The notes beneath the pieces are model-generated. The model ran no database searches. It worked only from the letters and a program-made list of their open reading frames with translations, and was not told where the DNA came from. Below, piece by piece: positions 24,401-38,300 of a stretch of DNA of 64,000 nucleotides; position 1 is the stretch's first letter, and the number at the start of each line of letters is the position of its first letter. Made by a program: the position numbers and the translations under genes. Source of the stretch: Acanthaster planci (lineage: Eukaryota); contig NW_019091359.1 of assembly GCF_001949145.1 (NCBI RefSeq), positions 2,828,861-2,892,860 on the forward strand, read 5' to 3'.

Positions 24401-27400
24401 CCAGACGGCCATTTTAATTTCTTTTTCAACAAAAGTAGAATTTTAAATCTTCAATACCCTAGAGGAAAACAAAATTTTCCACTCTTTTGAAAACTTCTAT
24501 CTACAAACTAAGATTGTCTGAGCCCTATCTGAGTGTTACAATTAGGTCTGCATATAATTCATCACAACTGCTGCCCATGTTCAAGTAAAAGTATTTTCAC
24601 CCCTTAAATCTCTTTGAAAATGGCTCGTAATTCTCTTCGAGTGGACGGCTGGCGTCGTCTTTCCGCCCTGCTAATTATGGTGGTTTACAAAAATTTGATG
24701 AGCATCACTTGAAGGTACCCGCACTAAGCGTATTAGCACAGACATCTTCGTGTTACTGTCTTCCTCATTTCCCTTGTGAATGTTAATACTACGTTGTGTT
24801 GTGGATCGTTTTTAATATTCCCGTCGACGCAATCTGGTTAGAATGTGAGCTGTGTTCATATTCAACTTCCTTTACCTCGTCTTGTCTGGGACTGTGTCTC
24901 TTTCCCAGTTTGAAATCCATCTATCAGGGCATCCGGTGATTAGTTTCAAATGTTCAGCCTTGAACTACTCTTTCTTGTTCGGTGTTCCCTTTCGTGAGCC
25001 TTGCATTCCGCTCACATAGCCAGTTTTGGGAGTTAGAGGGTCACAGTGCCAGCAATGGGTATATCACAAGAAGAATAGATTATTTTGAGGCTCAGGGCTT
25101 TTTTCGATGGGAAAGGGGCAGCTGCCTGCTGGGGGGGCAGGCCCCTTAAGCCCCCACCCCCGGCGATGGGCCTGATTTTTGACAGAATTTCTGGCTTTCC
25201 ATTAAAAGTGTGTTATCTTTTAACTGTATCGTGTTAAGGAAATTACTTACAGACAATCCTTTCTCTTGAAAAAAAATGGATATTTCTGAAAATGCATCAT
25301 AAAATGAAATTACCATTATTTTTTCTACGACTGGAGACTACCAATAGTTGTATCTGTTAGAGCTTTTAAATGGTGTTTATTGGCGAGCTGGCTGGATTTA
25401 TTGTCTAGTTTGGGGTTGTTTGGGAGATGTTAGTGCTAGCATTTAATAACACAAGAGTTGGCCAATCCATGTATTCATGACGATGCGACAAGGTTACAAA
25501 TTGCGTGGGGAAGGGTTTTTTTACGTGTGTATTGTATCACGTGCAAACGACGTCCCATGTGCAAAAGCAAACTAACAGGGTTCTCGTTCCTGAAATATGT
25601 GATAAATAAAAATTTACAAAATGAAATTATAAATTTTGGTGTGGATTGTAGGTCACAACAAGACGATAGTTGATTTGTCTGGCAGTATGTGCGCGCGCAT
25701 ACAGCCAGATAAATTTAATTACACGTCACAACAACTTTTTTGGGCTGACCGTTTCAGGTTTTACCGACGAGTAATTAGAAAACTATGACTGTCCACTTGA
25801 GTAAAAAACAAAAGATTAATTCGAAGATTGTTTAAAAATCCCAGAGTAGATAGTTATTTGAACACTCTACAATTCTACAAAAATACTTTTCTCTTTCGTT
25901 TTAACGAATGAAAATAGTGCTTTTTGAAGAAAAAGCTTTCGCAAAGCAAATACGACCTTTCTATAGGCTTTGGCTGTCCATACATAATCACGTTTTTTGA
26001 TAACGATAATTTGCAATGTTAAAGTACATTTTATGATCGATCTTCCTCCGTAGTCAATATGAAAAGCGCCCTCTGCTTGAAACCGTCTCAAATTATCATT
26101 TTTTTCCTAAATGATAAATATCATCTCAAACTTTTAATATTACAGATGTGAGCTGTCGTAGCATGCTATGCAGTGCAACTTTAGTTATAAATAATTAATA
26201 ACAAAAGGTATTTGTGTTATCAATTGTGTGGTGAAGAGGGAGGATAATTATTTTGATTTTGATAATAGAGGGCGCTACTTAAGAAATGTGACCTGCTCTT
26301 GACCAGAAAGGCCGTAGACAAAGTACACGCAGTCTTTATGGCCTATGAAAGCTCCGAAAAAATGAGAAGAATTCTGCATTGTTTGTTAAAATAACTTCCT
26401 CTGATGGGAGCCCAAAATAACTTTATTGTCTCTTACCCTCAATATCTTCATCACCACCTTCTGTAATTTTCCAAAAGCTAGAATTGTGTGTTCAAAGTCG
26501 AACCCCCTTGGGATCCTGGGAGGGGCCGACGGGGCGCATGTCCACCCCACTCCCCTCCTAAAGAGATAGTGACCACTACGGAGGCCGAATGATTCCAAAG
26601 GCTAGGATGCGAATTTTTCTAATGTACAGCACAGCACGTGAATATTTTGGCACCATTTTCACCACTTATTATTTAACATACATTTCTAGCAACTGCCATT
26701 GGTATTTCTGGCGACCAAGCGATGTGCAAATGCGGGTCGTTTACTTATAAAATGAGTTGTGGCCATCAAAAAATAATGTAATGACCGCTGGATAATGAAT
26801 TGATGCAAGAAAATAGTGCCAGCAATTCTGTTTACGCGCTGCTCAAAAAAAAGTTTGCATCCTATCCCTTGACACTTTCTGCCTGCTGTAGACTTCTGTA
26901 TTTAATTGCTTTCCCTTCATCAGTAATCTAGGATGACACCATTGAGATGAGGTCAAATCCTGGTTTCACCATCTGGTCTGTTGTGTACATGTTTTTTTAA
27001 TAATAAAGCATGTAGGTTCGTTTGAAATCCAGTGGGACTTATACAACGTATACTCTGAGTAATAGGGTCACGCATCATATTATGAAAACAACCAGGGGAA
27101 ACCCCCAAAAGGATAAAATCGTGGCTGGGGATCTCTTTCTAGGGATTTTTTTTCTGGTGAAAGCTATTCCATTCCATCGTGCCATTACAGGGCACTAGGT
27201 AAAGGTTGTTTAGTCTTTGTCATGTCACGCTTATTTCTCATGCCTGCTGAGATGGACAGTAAGCCAACGATGCAATCACAAACTAGGACGTGTTCAAATT
27301 GAACAGCGCCCTCATGGAGTGCGTTGGACGAAAGTAAACTTTTGCAATGGGTTTAATTTTTTTCAAGAACTACAGGAGAATTCACGTGCAGTATGCAGAA

Positions 27401-28150
27401 CACCTATGAGGAATTATGAAAGAGAATTTTAAGAATGAAGCTTCGTTCCTCCCCCCCCCTTGTAATTATTTTGTAACTATAGCACATTTTTACTGGGGAT
27501 TAGATGAAAGGCTCACGCTAAACCCTCATGCTAAAGCCCATAGAGTCGATTACGCACGCGATGAGAAAGAATCCATGACTTCAATATAGAGACCCTTCTC
27601 TTGATTTCGCTTCAATTAAGTGGCACATTCGATTCATCGAATGGTTTCCTTCCTCAATTCTGTACTTATGTCGCCAGAGGGCGACATGACACGTCTACGG
27701 GAAAGCTGCGCTACAAGAACGTCTGCAAACGTAACAGTCATGTGTCCAGGCGCCCGGATGTGCTTTGGAAGTGAGTATTCCACCTGGTAATGTCAGGACC
27801 TGCTTCCAAATTATGGACCCGTATACTCCTGACTACCCACACAGATGGCTGTGGGTGCAGCGCAGTACGGTGCTTGAAGATGTAGGGTAAATTTGGACTG
27901 TACAAAGTACAAATTGGGTGTATTGCGCATGCATGCAAACGTTATCAATATGACTGTTGTTCGTGAGACTTGGGGGCAATAACGCGCGATAAAAATTTCT
28001 TACCGATGAAATACGGAACCAGCCGTTTAAACCACCCATGCAGTGGACTGTCGATTGGTTTTCTGTGGGTAAAATGTGTGTGGTGTTCTTGAATGTTTGG
28101 CAGCAGTTTTATTTCTCCGGGGCGCCCGGAGGTATACAGATCAAGGGGCA

Positions 28151-28340
28151 GAGCCTCGAGTTGGACCAAAAGAGGGCGCACTTTTCTTAGCAACGGAGGC
28201 TCCTTTGTTCGGAACTGAACTTCTCAGGTTCACAAACGACTGTGGCACACATTACGGTCGCATCGGTACCACCAAAATAAACACTCCTGACCAATATGGT
28301 TCTTTTCAAGGATTGAGGGGGTGCTTCTGCTCTAGGCGGA
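28151..28340 (+). repeat. Dispersed ~190-bp repeat family, copy 3
   Basis: gagcctcgagttggaccaaaagagggcgcacttttcttagcaacggaggctcctttgttcggaactgaactt...gagggggtgcttctgc. Confidence 0.8.
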
Positions 28341-28511
28341 ATTGGAAAGGCTGTGTACATTTCAAAATTTCAAATGGGGAATCAAGGAAACATGGATTTC
28401 CACGGGGATGGGGCACTTGACTCCATAACCCCGTCCTTTTTTCATGTTCTTGTCCCCTTTTGAGAAAACCGAGGCTAAAATAAAATGAATAATTCCCTTT
28501 TGAGCTGCGTT

Positions 28512-28622
28512 TTCCCGGAAAAGTATATTCTAGTTTTCTTTGACGTCACACCTGTAACACTCTCCCGCTCGGGCATATCCTCATCGACGTCACCAATCAC
28601 GTAGCCACCCTCTTTGACGTCA
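28512..28622. promoter_or_regulatory. Candidate inducible enhancer/promoter (GAS + CRE cluster + CCAAT)
   Basis: TTCCCGGAA at 28512-28520, TGACGTCA at 28541 and 28615, CGACGTCA at 28585, CCAAT at 28593, all within 111 bp. Motif matches only. Confidence 0.4.
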
Positions 28623-30348
28623 CTAAGCCTTAGTCTGAATGTGAGGGTATATCAAGCAAAGCGTGTCTGCTTCAGCAAAGTCGCTTCCTGTTCGGCATTT
28701 CTCCCCAAAGGCTCCTTCCCCCACAAGCATTTCCGGGATATTGGCCATATTGCTCTCATCTTGTACGTTCCTGCACTCCAGGGCCAATTTGCCAGTAGTC
28801 CCCCAGCGTCACCCGGTTGTGGGGGAGAACAAACGCAGTCCCCAGCACTTCTCAAGTTGTCCCAACATCGAGGCTCAAGAAAACCAGACAATATGGCATG
28901 TCTGGCCGCGAGGGCGGCGACAGTCTGTACGGTCTGTGTACCGACACGGATGCCGCGCCGCCATTGATTTCTCGGCGCGCAGACACGATTAGTGTATTTT
29001 CCCCGGGGCACAGCACATTTTGTTGGTTTGCTTGACGTTAGCCGATACACTTGCTTCTTTTTGGACAATGCACTTCCGTAATCATCTTCTCCGGATGACA
29101 TGGACTTCTCTCGTGAAGAAATCCACCCGCATCGTTTTCTTTCGCATGCCATTAGTCGTGAATGTTTCCCCTCACATTAATTTTGTCATAGTCCAACGTT
29201 TTACTTGTAGTATTTTTTCGTCTTGATTTTTAAAGAGAAACCTCTTTGTTTTGTTTTGCTCGTTTGCTTGTTTTCATTTGTGGCAGTGCTCAAAGCAATG
29301 TTTACTTTCCACTGGAAAGTAAACATTGCTGTGAAAAAAGAGATCTAGATGCGTCCATGCATGAATTATTGCGCCTTCAATCAACTTTGTTTTACACAAA
29401 AATCCTGCCTTCGTTTATAGGATTGTATGCATGGCATCAAAGCGTAACACTGATCGTGATAGACATGTAGTTTAGTTTCAAATAACAGCAATTTCATTAG
29501 ACGACTTTGGGATGTTGAGTCAAAATCTTGTTTCATCATCTCGGTTCATTTTGAGCGTCGTGTGAGAAATTCCGACGCAGTCTTATACTATAGGGATTTG
29601 TCATTTAAACTCATACAACCTCTTCTACCCCCTAATATCAAGTTCCACGGCCTCGTAATGCTTCCAACCGATGTCAGGGTGACGTCTCAATGGAAGGCAT
29701 TTTCTGAAATGGTTCTGAACAGAGAGAATTTTCGTCATTTTTGTCAGTCCACTCCTTCTGGTCCCTCAACCTCTTCGTGGAACTCGAGAAGGGCCGCATC
29801 CGTAAAATCGTCCACGGCGTCGGTGGAGCGACTTACGTTGCTCGATCGGTCCTCTCCTGTTCTTGGGAAGATTACAAAAAATCTTGCAGGGGCTGATTGA
29901 ATTTTTGCCAGCTAATGACATCTTGGACGGCATCCCTGGAGAGGGTCGAGAGCTAATAAAATTGGCGAAATTTGAAACTCCCAGGAATGGTTGCAGAGTG
30001 CCACTGACTGGCTCTGGTTGATTTGCCCGACCCGGTCCATCTGTTGCATAGTCTGGTTCCGTACTATTCCAACTTTGTTTTCACTTTGTACATTTAAATA
30101 TTTACTTTTATATAATACGGTAAATGCTGATTGAAAAAACTTAGACATTTTCCTTCAAGTCTTGTGTAACCTTCAGATCTGGATTCCATTCTCAGTTGTC
30201 AGTTTTAGACCTTGTGGGTTGCGCCCAGTTGCCGAGTATTCGTCGATTGGACGATTCCTCGGGTTCTGTACTAAAGACCTTTTAAAAGACCATGCAAGGG
30301 CTGGATTAACAATAACAGTACGCCCTGTAGGCACCTCTGTTTTGTAGG

Positions 30349-30627
30349 CAGCGGCGTATCCAGCTTTGGATGTTGCGGGGGAGGGGATTCAAACGCGAAT
30401 GCAGCTTCGGGCTCATTCAACATGATGTTCGGAGAGAAAAACACCCCGTGTGCATTTGCTGATGTTGTTTTCTTAGGGTTTGGGTGCTCATATTTGATGA
30501 ATAAATGTACTGATTACTTTCTTTCCTACTCACCTGTGAAGTGTTCTTTGTGGAAAAAAAATCTGTCAGAAGGGGCAAGTTGCCCCCTGCACTGTCCCGC
30601 CCCCTCTCTCCGCTGGATACGCCACTG
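30349..30627. mobile_element. MITE with hAT-like CAG termini
   Basis: TIRs cagcggcgtatccagc / gctggatacgccactg (one mismatch), with G-runs and C-runs sub-terminally; no clean TSD. Confidence 0.7.
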
Positions 30628-32136
30628 TCCGTGGACCATGTGCGCCTTTGTTCCGTAGGCCCTGTAGGCACCTGTATTCCGTGGGTCACATCCGTCCGAG
30701 GCAACAGAACCGATTTATTGCTCTGGCATCAAGAATTGGAGCTTCACGTTTAATGTTGATATACTTATTCATTTTCCACAACACCAGCTGATTTAAAGCT
30801 TTAGTGATATCGAAAATTCAAAGAGCGAAGTCAAAACTGTAAAAACAACTGTGTGCATTTTATAAAATACCTTCCTGGCATCTTCGTGTAGGCCCCGAAT
30901 ATTCCAAAGGACCTTGGCACAGTACCTACTGTGTCTATTAGATAATTGGGCCTAGATCAAGATGACAGGTAATGTGTGAGTCCTGATTCAGGAGTATCGA
31001 TCTTGGGTTGAAATCAGGGTATATTCTCAGCCAGGAAACACGAAACCAAGGACAGAATCACGATTCAAGAAACCCAGCCATTTACAAGTCTGACACAATG
31101 TCATTTGGAGTTCATTTTGTCCACGGGGCGACTGCGGTGACCCTCTTGGTATCACAGGTAGCACTCAAGGAAAAAAATCTTACGAACAAACAACCAAACC
31201 AAAACACACAAGTGAACACACTACGCCATCACACCCTACATTATGTGGACTTCTTTTGTGCAGAGGTCCACAATATGTATGGCACGCCTGCACACACAAC
31301 TGGGTTGGATACATCACCGACGGGGAAATAAGTCCGAGGCCGATGATTTTAGACCAAGTTCAGGTCAGTTTGTATTGCCTGCATACATCAGGAATACGAG
31401 CACAAATTATAAACGTTTAGTTTATAAATTTGCTTGGGTGCAACTAAAGTGCGTTAAAAATCTCACTCCTCATACCGAGTCAACTTGCTCGCGATTCTAG
31501 AACTAGGTGTGAAATTGACTTCTTTACCCATCCACATAAGGTCATTTTTCATTTCTTGGGACTTAAATTACGAGGAACTACTGCCATAGCATCCCCGATG
31601 TTGAACAGCACAAACAAGCATGATCAGTTCCGTCATTGTAACACTGAACTGGTCTCATTCACAACTGATGAGTTCGTTTTTGAAAGCACTAATTACAACA
31701 ACGCCCGGAAGACAATCTTCATACCAATCACAAAGGAGAGAGACTCGGTTTCACTCCATTCATTGACGTCCAATGTTTCTCCTGTTGCCATTTTTTCATG
31801 TTACCTGCGATTCCTTACGGCGTGTCCTCGTATATTTCATGACCTAAATATCATGTTACCGGTTGTGCCGATAGAAGGTAACTTTAGCGCTTTCTATATT
31901 CCGTAACCAGGCCATGGTGAAGTACTTGAGCTACAATGTGCCTATCTAAATAATCAAACAAGCAAGAAGCACGACAACTGATAGACTGGTGTTGCCAATA
32001 TTTGGGAAAAACTGCAATCGTTTGACTTTGCTCGTCCCCAGCGCCCATGTTAGCGACGGGAAGGGCAAATGCCTGACGTAGTTTTTGTTGGGCACTCGTT
32101 GGATAGAGTTCATATGAACAATGACACGGTCAACAC

Positions 32137-32377
32137 CATGGGCGGAAATCCCAGGGGGCGGGGGGACACGTCCCCCTCCCCATGAATTTGGTATGGGGGA
32201 CACAATGTCAAATGCCCCCTCTCTGTTAAAAAAGCAAAACAAAATACTAAAGGAATTGGTGTATGGAGGATTTTCCCTTGAGTATTTATAAATGGAATAA
32301 GATGATAAACACGGTGTGCACAAAAAAAGGGTAAATTGATGTCCCCCCCCACGATCGAGGAGAGATTTCCATCCATG
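32137..32377. mobile_element. hAT-type MITE with 8-bp target-site duplication
   Basis: TIRs catgggcggaaatc / gatttccatccatg; flanks gtcaacac (32129-32136) and gtcaaaac (32378-32385), 7/8 identical. Confidence 0.75.
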
Positions 32378-35052
32378 GTCAAAACTGCAATTTCACTCAC
32401 GTGCGCAATGAATGCTAATAGTGAGAATGAGCGAGCAGATGCTCTTGGGGGCGCTGTTTACTTCCATATCACCAGCGGAAAAATTATTCGACGCCAAAAT
32501 GGTTTTCTTTTCTGTTCGCATGTTTTGTTTTGTTTTGTTTTGTTTTGTTTTTAGCGCTGTATTGACGACTAAACCTTTACCACGGCTATTCTACTGCTTT
32601 ATAAACATTGCTTTGTCCAAAACTGGCTTTCGGAGCTATGGCATTGTATATTTTATCAACATGTGCCTGCGCCTATGCTGTTGGCGAAGACCAAACGCAG
32701 CTCAAACACAAGATTTGGACGAGACTCATCCTTTCTATCGACCCTGTGTGCAGTCAAAAAAATGATATTAACAGTCTCATAGGATTATTCCTCATACTTT
32801 GGGTTTTTAACCTAATTTTATATGTTCGAAATCGGACTCAACGAAACATTTGCTGTGAAGAAGTCTGGAGTGAAGTTGCCTTAGGGTGTTTTCCATTCAT
32901 AGACAACGTGCACACTTGTTATTTTGCATTGGTCGTGCCTACCACATCGAAATGCCGGACAGCAACTTTAAAGCGCGTGCCGAATTTGAATTGGCCTCTC
33001 ACCCTGTCCCTGAGTCGACGCCTCCCTCTGAGGTATTTCTCCAGGCGGCGCTACACTGCATTCATAATCACCGCTCGATATTCTTCACATCCCCTCTCAG
33101 GCATCACTTATATCCAGCAAACTTGCTCCTTGTGAAAGGTCTCACGAAAGAGACGAGGCAGAAGGCGGTGTCGGGACAGTTTCTTGCTTTAGTTCCCACA
33201 CTGCGGATGTACGCCTCGCTTGTGGCTCTCAGGGGGTTGGGGAGAACCAGGGAACCGGGTCTGGGGGATTATAAATTCGATAGATTGGAAAACGAGCCCC
33301 GTAATAGCTTCGGAAGCGTCCCTTGAATTCTAAATGGGTGATCAGATATTCCCACCGTTGATCTCAGCCCAAATGTTTCTCGTCCTGTCCTCGTAATAAG
33401 CAAAGGGGCTGAGATGGCACTGAGCTATATATGACTGAGCTAAGAACAAGCCAGGGAATGAAGAAGACGGATGGAGCTAGCTGCGGGGCATATACACACT
33501 CGTTTACTGGACGTGGGGGTTGCATGCCGAGCCTAGATGGCTGCGTGACCGTGCCGGCCGCCTCTCGACTTGCTAACGCCCGTCTTAATCAACTTGACCG
33601 AGAAAACGAGGATGACCGAGGAATAATGTTCCTGCCTTTCCTCGCTCCAGAAAGACGGATGAATATCGCGAGATATAGAATCACACGACCCGCCATTTGA
33701 TGTCGTTATAACAGTGTTCAATCACTTAGCAATTTACAATCTCTCATCGGATACCTTCTCCACCAAATCTCTTGTTGATAAGAAACTTGTTACTAGCAAT
33801 TCGGGTATATCTGGATTTTCGATAGGCCTAGATTTATCCGTCGGCAGTCAGGGTAACAGTCAAGACTATATTTTTGTCTGCCAGCTTCGCTTTGGCTATT
33901 TTGGGACCAAATTTTAGAGTTTTTTAAAAAATCTTTATACAATGTATGCGCGTTGGAACAAAACAATCATTCAGATCAAATTGAATTCAAATTTTCTGAC
34001 CTAAGCTTCCAGTTTATGGAATAATTATTCTTTCTTTGTTTCTTTCTTTCTTTACTCACATTACTGATAAAAATTAATGTGAATCTGATTTTGATTCAAA
34101 TTCTGAATCTTAATCATATCATTGAGTGAATTGCCCGGAACGGAATGAAAAGAAAGATATGAAAACTACCAATTTCTGTGAAAATAGCTCAGAATTGGCT
34201 CCTTCCCCCCCCCTTCCCGAGAGGGCTTTGAGCCTCAATGGCGAAGTTATTAATGAGTGTTAATAACCGCGTTGTAATTTTGACCCACATGGAGAATAAA
34301 CAGTGCTAAACAAAACAGCTCTTGAAGCACCGTGAGATACAGACGTTGCAGACTGGAAAAAAGTTTAAGAATTCTGTCACGTCCTGCGTAAAACCCGGCT
34401 GACCAAAACAAAGTCGAGGGCTATTTATTTGTATAGAAAGAACTAGCCATCGGGCGCATTCTCTCCAATTAATACATTGAATATTCACGTGACCATTTAG
34501 AGTATTCATATAAGCCACTTCAGACTCGCTCCCAAAGAAACCGCCTCCGGCAGTTGTTCCATATTTCATTCAAGATCTAGGTTTTTATAAACACAAAAGT
34601 CACGTATTATATTTTAGGGCTCAGCTAAACTATTACTTTGAAGATTGTTTTTCCGGGTTCGCTCACTCTCAGAACCATTTGCTACCAAATTAAGTAAAGA
34701 TATTTCCAAAATATTTGGACATCTTTATGTTTCCGTTGGAGAGAAATGAAGCTTCAATGGACGGGATTATGTAATGGAGACGTAATCTTAAACCAAAGCT
34801 GAATATTAAGCAGATATAGTGCAAGAAGATTACCCACCATTTAAAAAGAATGGGAAACCACCCACATTCAGAAACACTACTAAACAGCGTCGGGTGAGGA
34901 TTGTTTGGCAAATCGAAGCAAAATCCCCCCCCCTCCGACTCCAAGCCTGGTACTACACCACTATTGAACCTGGACAGACGAACTCAAACCCAGTTCGCCA
35001 ATGCGTAGTCTCGTGTAGTGTGGTAGGCTAGTCCCCTGACCATTGTAGTGGA

Positions 35053-35108
35053 GTTTCACTCACTGCGATAGGTTTCACTCACTGCGATAGGTTTCAATTC
35101 TGCGATAG
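35053..35108. repeat. Short tandem repeat, 19-bp unit x3
   Basis: gtttcactcactgcgatag twice exactly, then a degenerate third unit gtttcaattctgcgatag. Confidence 0.85.
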
Positions 35109-35200
35109 CAACAAGACTTGGCGTCTGTATAATTTTCCAAAGAAAATTCGGTTGGACCGCATTCAAAAGAGTAAAACTTACCATATAGTAACAAAAAATT

Positions 35201-35315
35201 AAAACGCGACCGGGAACCACTCTGCACACTATTGTAAAAAGTTATTTGTCAGACCTCTCATTAAAATCAAATAACTTTTTACAATAGCGTGCAGAGTGGT
35301 TCCCGGCCGCGTTTT
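35201..35315. repeat. Inverted repeat: 48-bp arms, 19-nt loop (MITE remnant or hairpin RNA)
   Basis: 35201-35248 pairs with 35268-35315 with two mismatches. Confidence 0.85.
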
Positions 35316-38300
35316 TATTGATCTCGCGGGATAGCCTCGAGACAAGTCGCACAAATTAAGACGCCGGTGATTGGTGAGCGGGGGCTGAGCAACACGCAAT
35401 CCTTTCTGACGACTGGAAGCCCGAGGCTAGGCAAGACGATGGAGGTACGGCCAAAGATTGGAAACAAGAGAATCTAAGGAATGAAATCCAATAATACGAT
35501 AGCGAGCCTCAAGTTCAAATAGACAGACACACAGGCCCTTGAATTTCTCCAATTTAGTCTTAGATTTCAGCCTGTGTAGGCACAATGCGCGGCGACTAAA
35601 AATGCCCGTAATTTGAGGATTCGCTGAATGAGTCATTTTGCCTCATGGGGATTGAATTGAAATCACCCCAGGAACACTTACTATCATACCAAGACGGATG
35701 TTCAGATTGGTGTGTTATCAAAGCAGGCGTATATTGTATAATTCCCGCGGCATTTGATGAGGAAAGCTGCAGTGAAGATTCGCGCTCAAGAGGATTCTTT
35801 TCGCAGTATTGTACAAAAAAATTTATTTCTAGGAATGCACCCCCCCATGGTTATGAAGTATCCTCAAAGCCTCAGGTCAATCAATCAAACGTTCAGGTGG
35901 TTTGCCTAATACTTTTCCGATGCTGACAAGATGGGTCCCCGTGGATTGGTAGCTCATTTTGCCAGCTTCCACATTTATTTCTTACAACCTTTAACCATGC
36001 CTGTCTGTCTAAAAGACCTGTGGGAGAACCTTTTCTCTCATTCAGCTCTCCTTTGAACTTGTTGTTTGAGACACGCCACCTTTCATCATACTTTTTCAGC
36101 ATAAAAGACCGACGTCCTTAAATTTTTGACAAATTGGTTTTCCATAGCTTTTCTGGTGGATCTCAACCTTGCATGGATCGCAAATTCATTTAAAGAAACT
36201 CGCATCTAACATCACAGTATCAAAAGAACCTTCAAATGCCGCATGACACAACATGTAATTCATTCCACCGTACAACTTTTGGATATCACTACCAGCTACT
36301 TACTTCACGTTTTCCCTTTTTACCCTCAGTCAATTGATGTCTTGCACACATTTTGACATCAAATTCTCGCCAAATGTTTCAATTTGGACGCAATTTGCAA
36401 CAACAAATGGTTTCATCTGCTTTCATTGGCCATTTATGGAACGTTATTTAATTGCAGTGTGATTTAGTAATGACAATGGCCGAAGAACACCTAGCCCAAA
36501 TGGGCCACACCTGTGCCTGTTTTAAAAAATGTCAAGCGCATGACAAGTCTCATGAAAACGTAAATTTAGTCATTATGACAAAACGTCGATGGTGCAACGT
36601 CCGCCAAGCTGACGAAGGAAAGCCATGATTCTCTTTAGGTTAAGGGTGGAGGGGTACTGAAGTTAATATTCTGTTTAACTGTAAGGTGGTTATGTATTAC
36701 GGAGACAGTGACCTCCAAAACATGACCCCTTTGTAGATAATTCTTGATATGTTCTCCACAATTCTGTGTGTCTGAGATGGGAAGGAAGTATCAGGTACGA
36801 ATGAAAAAAAAGTCGCACTGCTTTGCAAACAGGTCTCTGTTCTACTGGTCGATGAAACATTCACACCGACACCTGTTTAGCTGCGACAAATTTGCTTCAT
36901 AATACTCGACCGAGAAAGGAAAGCCATTGCAAAGTCAGTTGCACAAAAACCGCACACAAAGTAGCCGCCTAAGAATAGTCTCTACCACCTCCAGCCATTA
37001 CAGCGATTTCGAGACCTATTTCGAGGCGATTTTTCGGTCAATCTCGCTCTTCATATCCTCGTCTTCATTTCCTACCCGATACGTGCTGGGGTGCTAATTT
37101 GATGGATGACACAGACGCGAGCTGTCAGGCCTGACTTTACCAACCTCTACAGTTCCAGACGGTTTATTAACATGATGGAGTCCATTCGGAACTAACAACA
37201 TCTAAATCACAGTGGTTGGACCGTCCTAACAGCTTCCTTGCTCCGTACCTTCCCTTTGCACACCTCAAGTTGTCCTGACTCATTCAGGCTAAGTTGATGA
37301 CGTACATACTCTACTGACGTCAGTCTTCTCACTCCGGCAAAAAAGGGCGGGAAAATACAATCACCCGAATGGATCGTGCAGAGATCACGCGATCAATATT
37401 GTAGCGTGAAACCATACCGACCTGACTTTCATTGCCTGTTCAGCACGTCACTGGAGACGACATGTTGGTTCGATCAAGCTATCTAACAGTGCACTACATC
37501 AAAGCACACGAGCTCAGATAATCTGATCAAAGCTCGACTCCACCTGTTTATCCTCTCTGTATTAATCACGACGCACAATCTGTGTTCGAATAGAATGAGG
37601 TGATGGAAAAGCCGATAGCATTATTTAAATGTGTAGGTATTAACGGCCTGTAAGTCTTTGACAATTGCAATTTAGGTCATAAAATATTGACATCCTGACT
37701 AAAAGTAACCACTGGTCAACCAACTCGCTTCTAATGTCATAGACTGCATGAAATTAGGAATATACTGGCATTTACAACTAAACTTAGACAAATCATTCAA
37801 AACATACGGATTCAAATGTTAAACGTAAACCTAAGGGCAAGTTTTATAATGCAAGCCCATATAAAACATAATTTCCCTTTTCTTCGATCTATCCTGGGAT
37901 ATAAGATGACGACTATGCTGTCCGAGGGAGATAACAATGAATGAGGCTTCTAAGCACAGGTTTCTCTTACACGCAGGTACTGTGCTTAAACGTACAACCT
38001 CACTCAGATCAGCTCAGACCAAGTATATACCAGGAACTTGCTGTCAATTTGCATATTATTATAATAATTCAACTCAGGAGGGTTGTACAACCAAGGCGTT
38101 ATTGTCATTTCGAAAAGAACTGAATAAACGCTTGATTACCAAAGATAATGAAGTGCACATAACATTTCCAGCTGTCTGCGACAAAATGTTGAAAAAACTG
38201 AACACAATCCATAATGAATGTACCGTTTACAGCATTTGTCATGAAATAACTTACGCATGAACACACAATCCCTTTAGTTTGCATGGGTGGTCGCAGAGGC

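Noticed and set aside
23140..24610. Possible Kolobok-like element ending in caccccttaa
   Set aside because: I could not find a matching left TIR, so the boundaries are unsupported.
28652..29152. 166-aa minus-strand ORF and overlapping plus-strand ORFs
   Set aside because: No recognisable domain, and several frames are open simply because the patch is GC-richer. An unknown exon cannot be excluded without RNA-seq.
32608..33326. 175-aa and 146-aa overlapping ORFs
   Set aside because: Non-ATG starts, random-looking composition and no motifs.
35053..35108. Direct repeats beginning GTTTCA (CRISPR-like start)
   Set aside because: Units abut with no spacers, there are no cas genes, and the context is eukaryotic.
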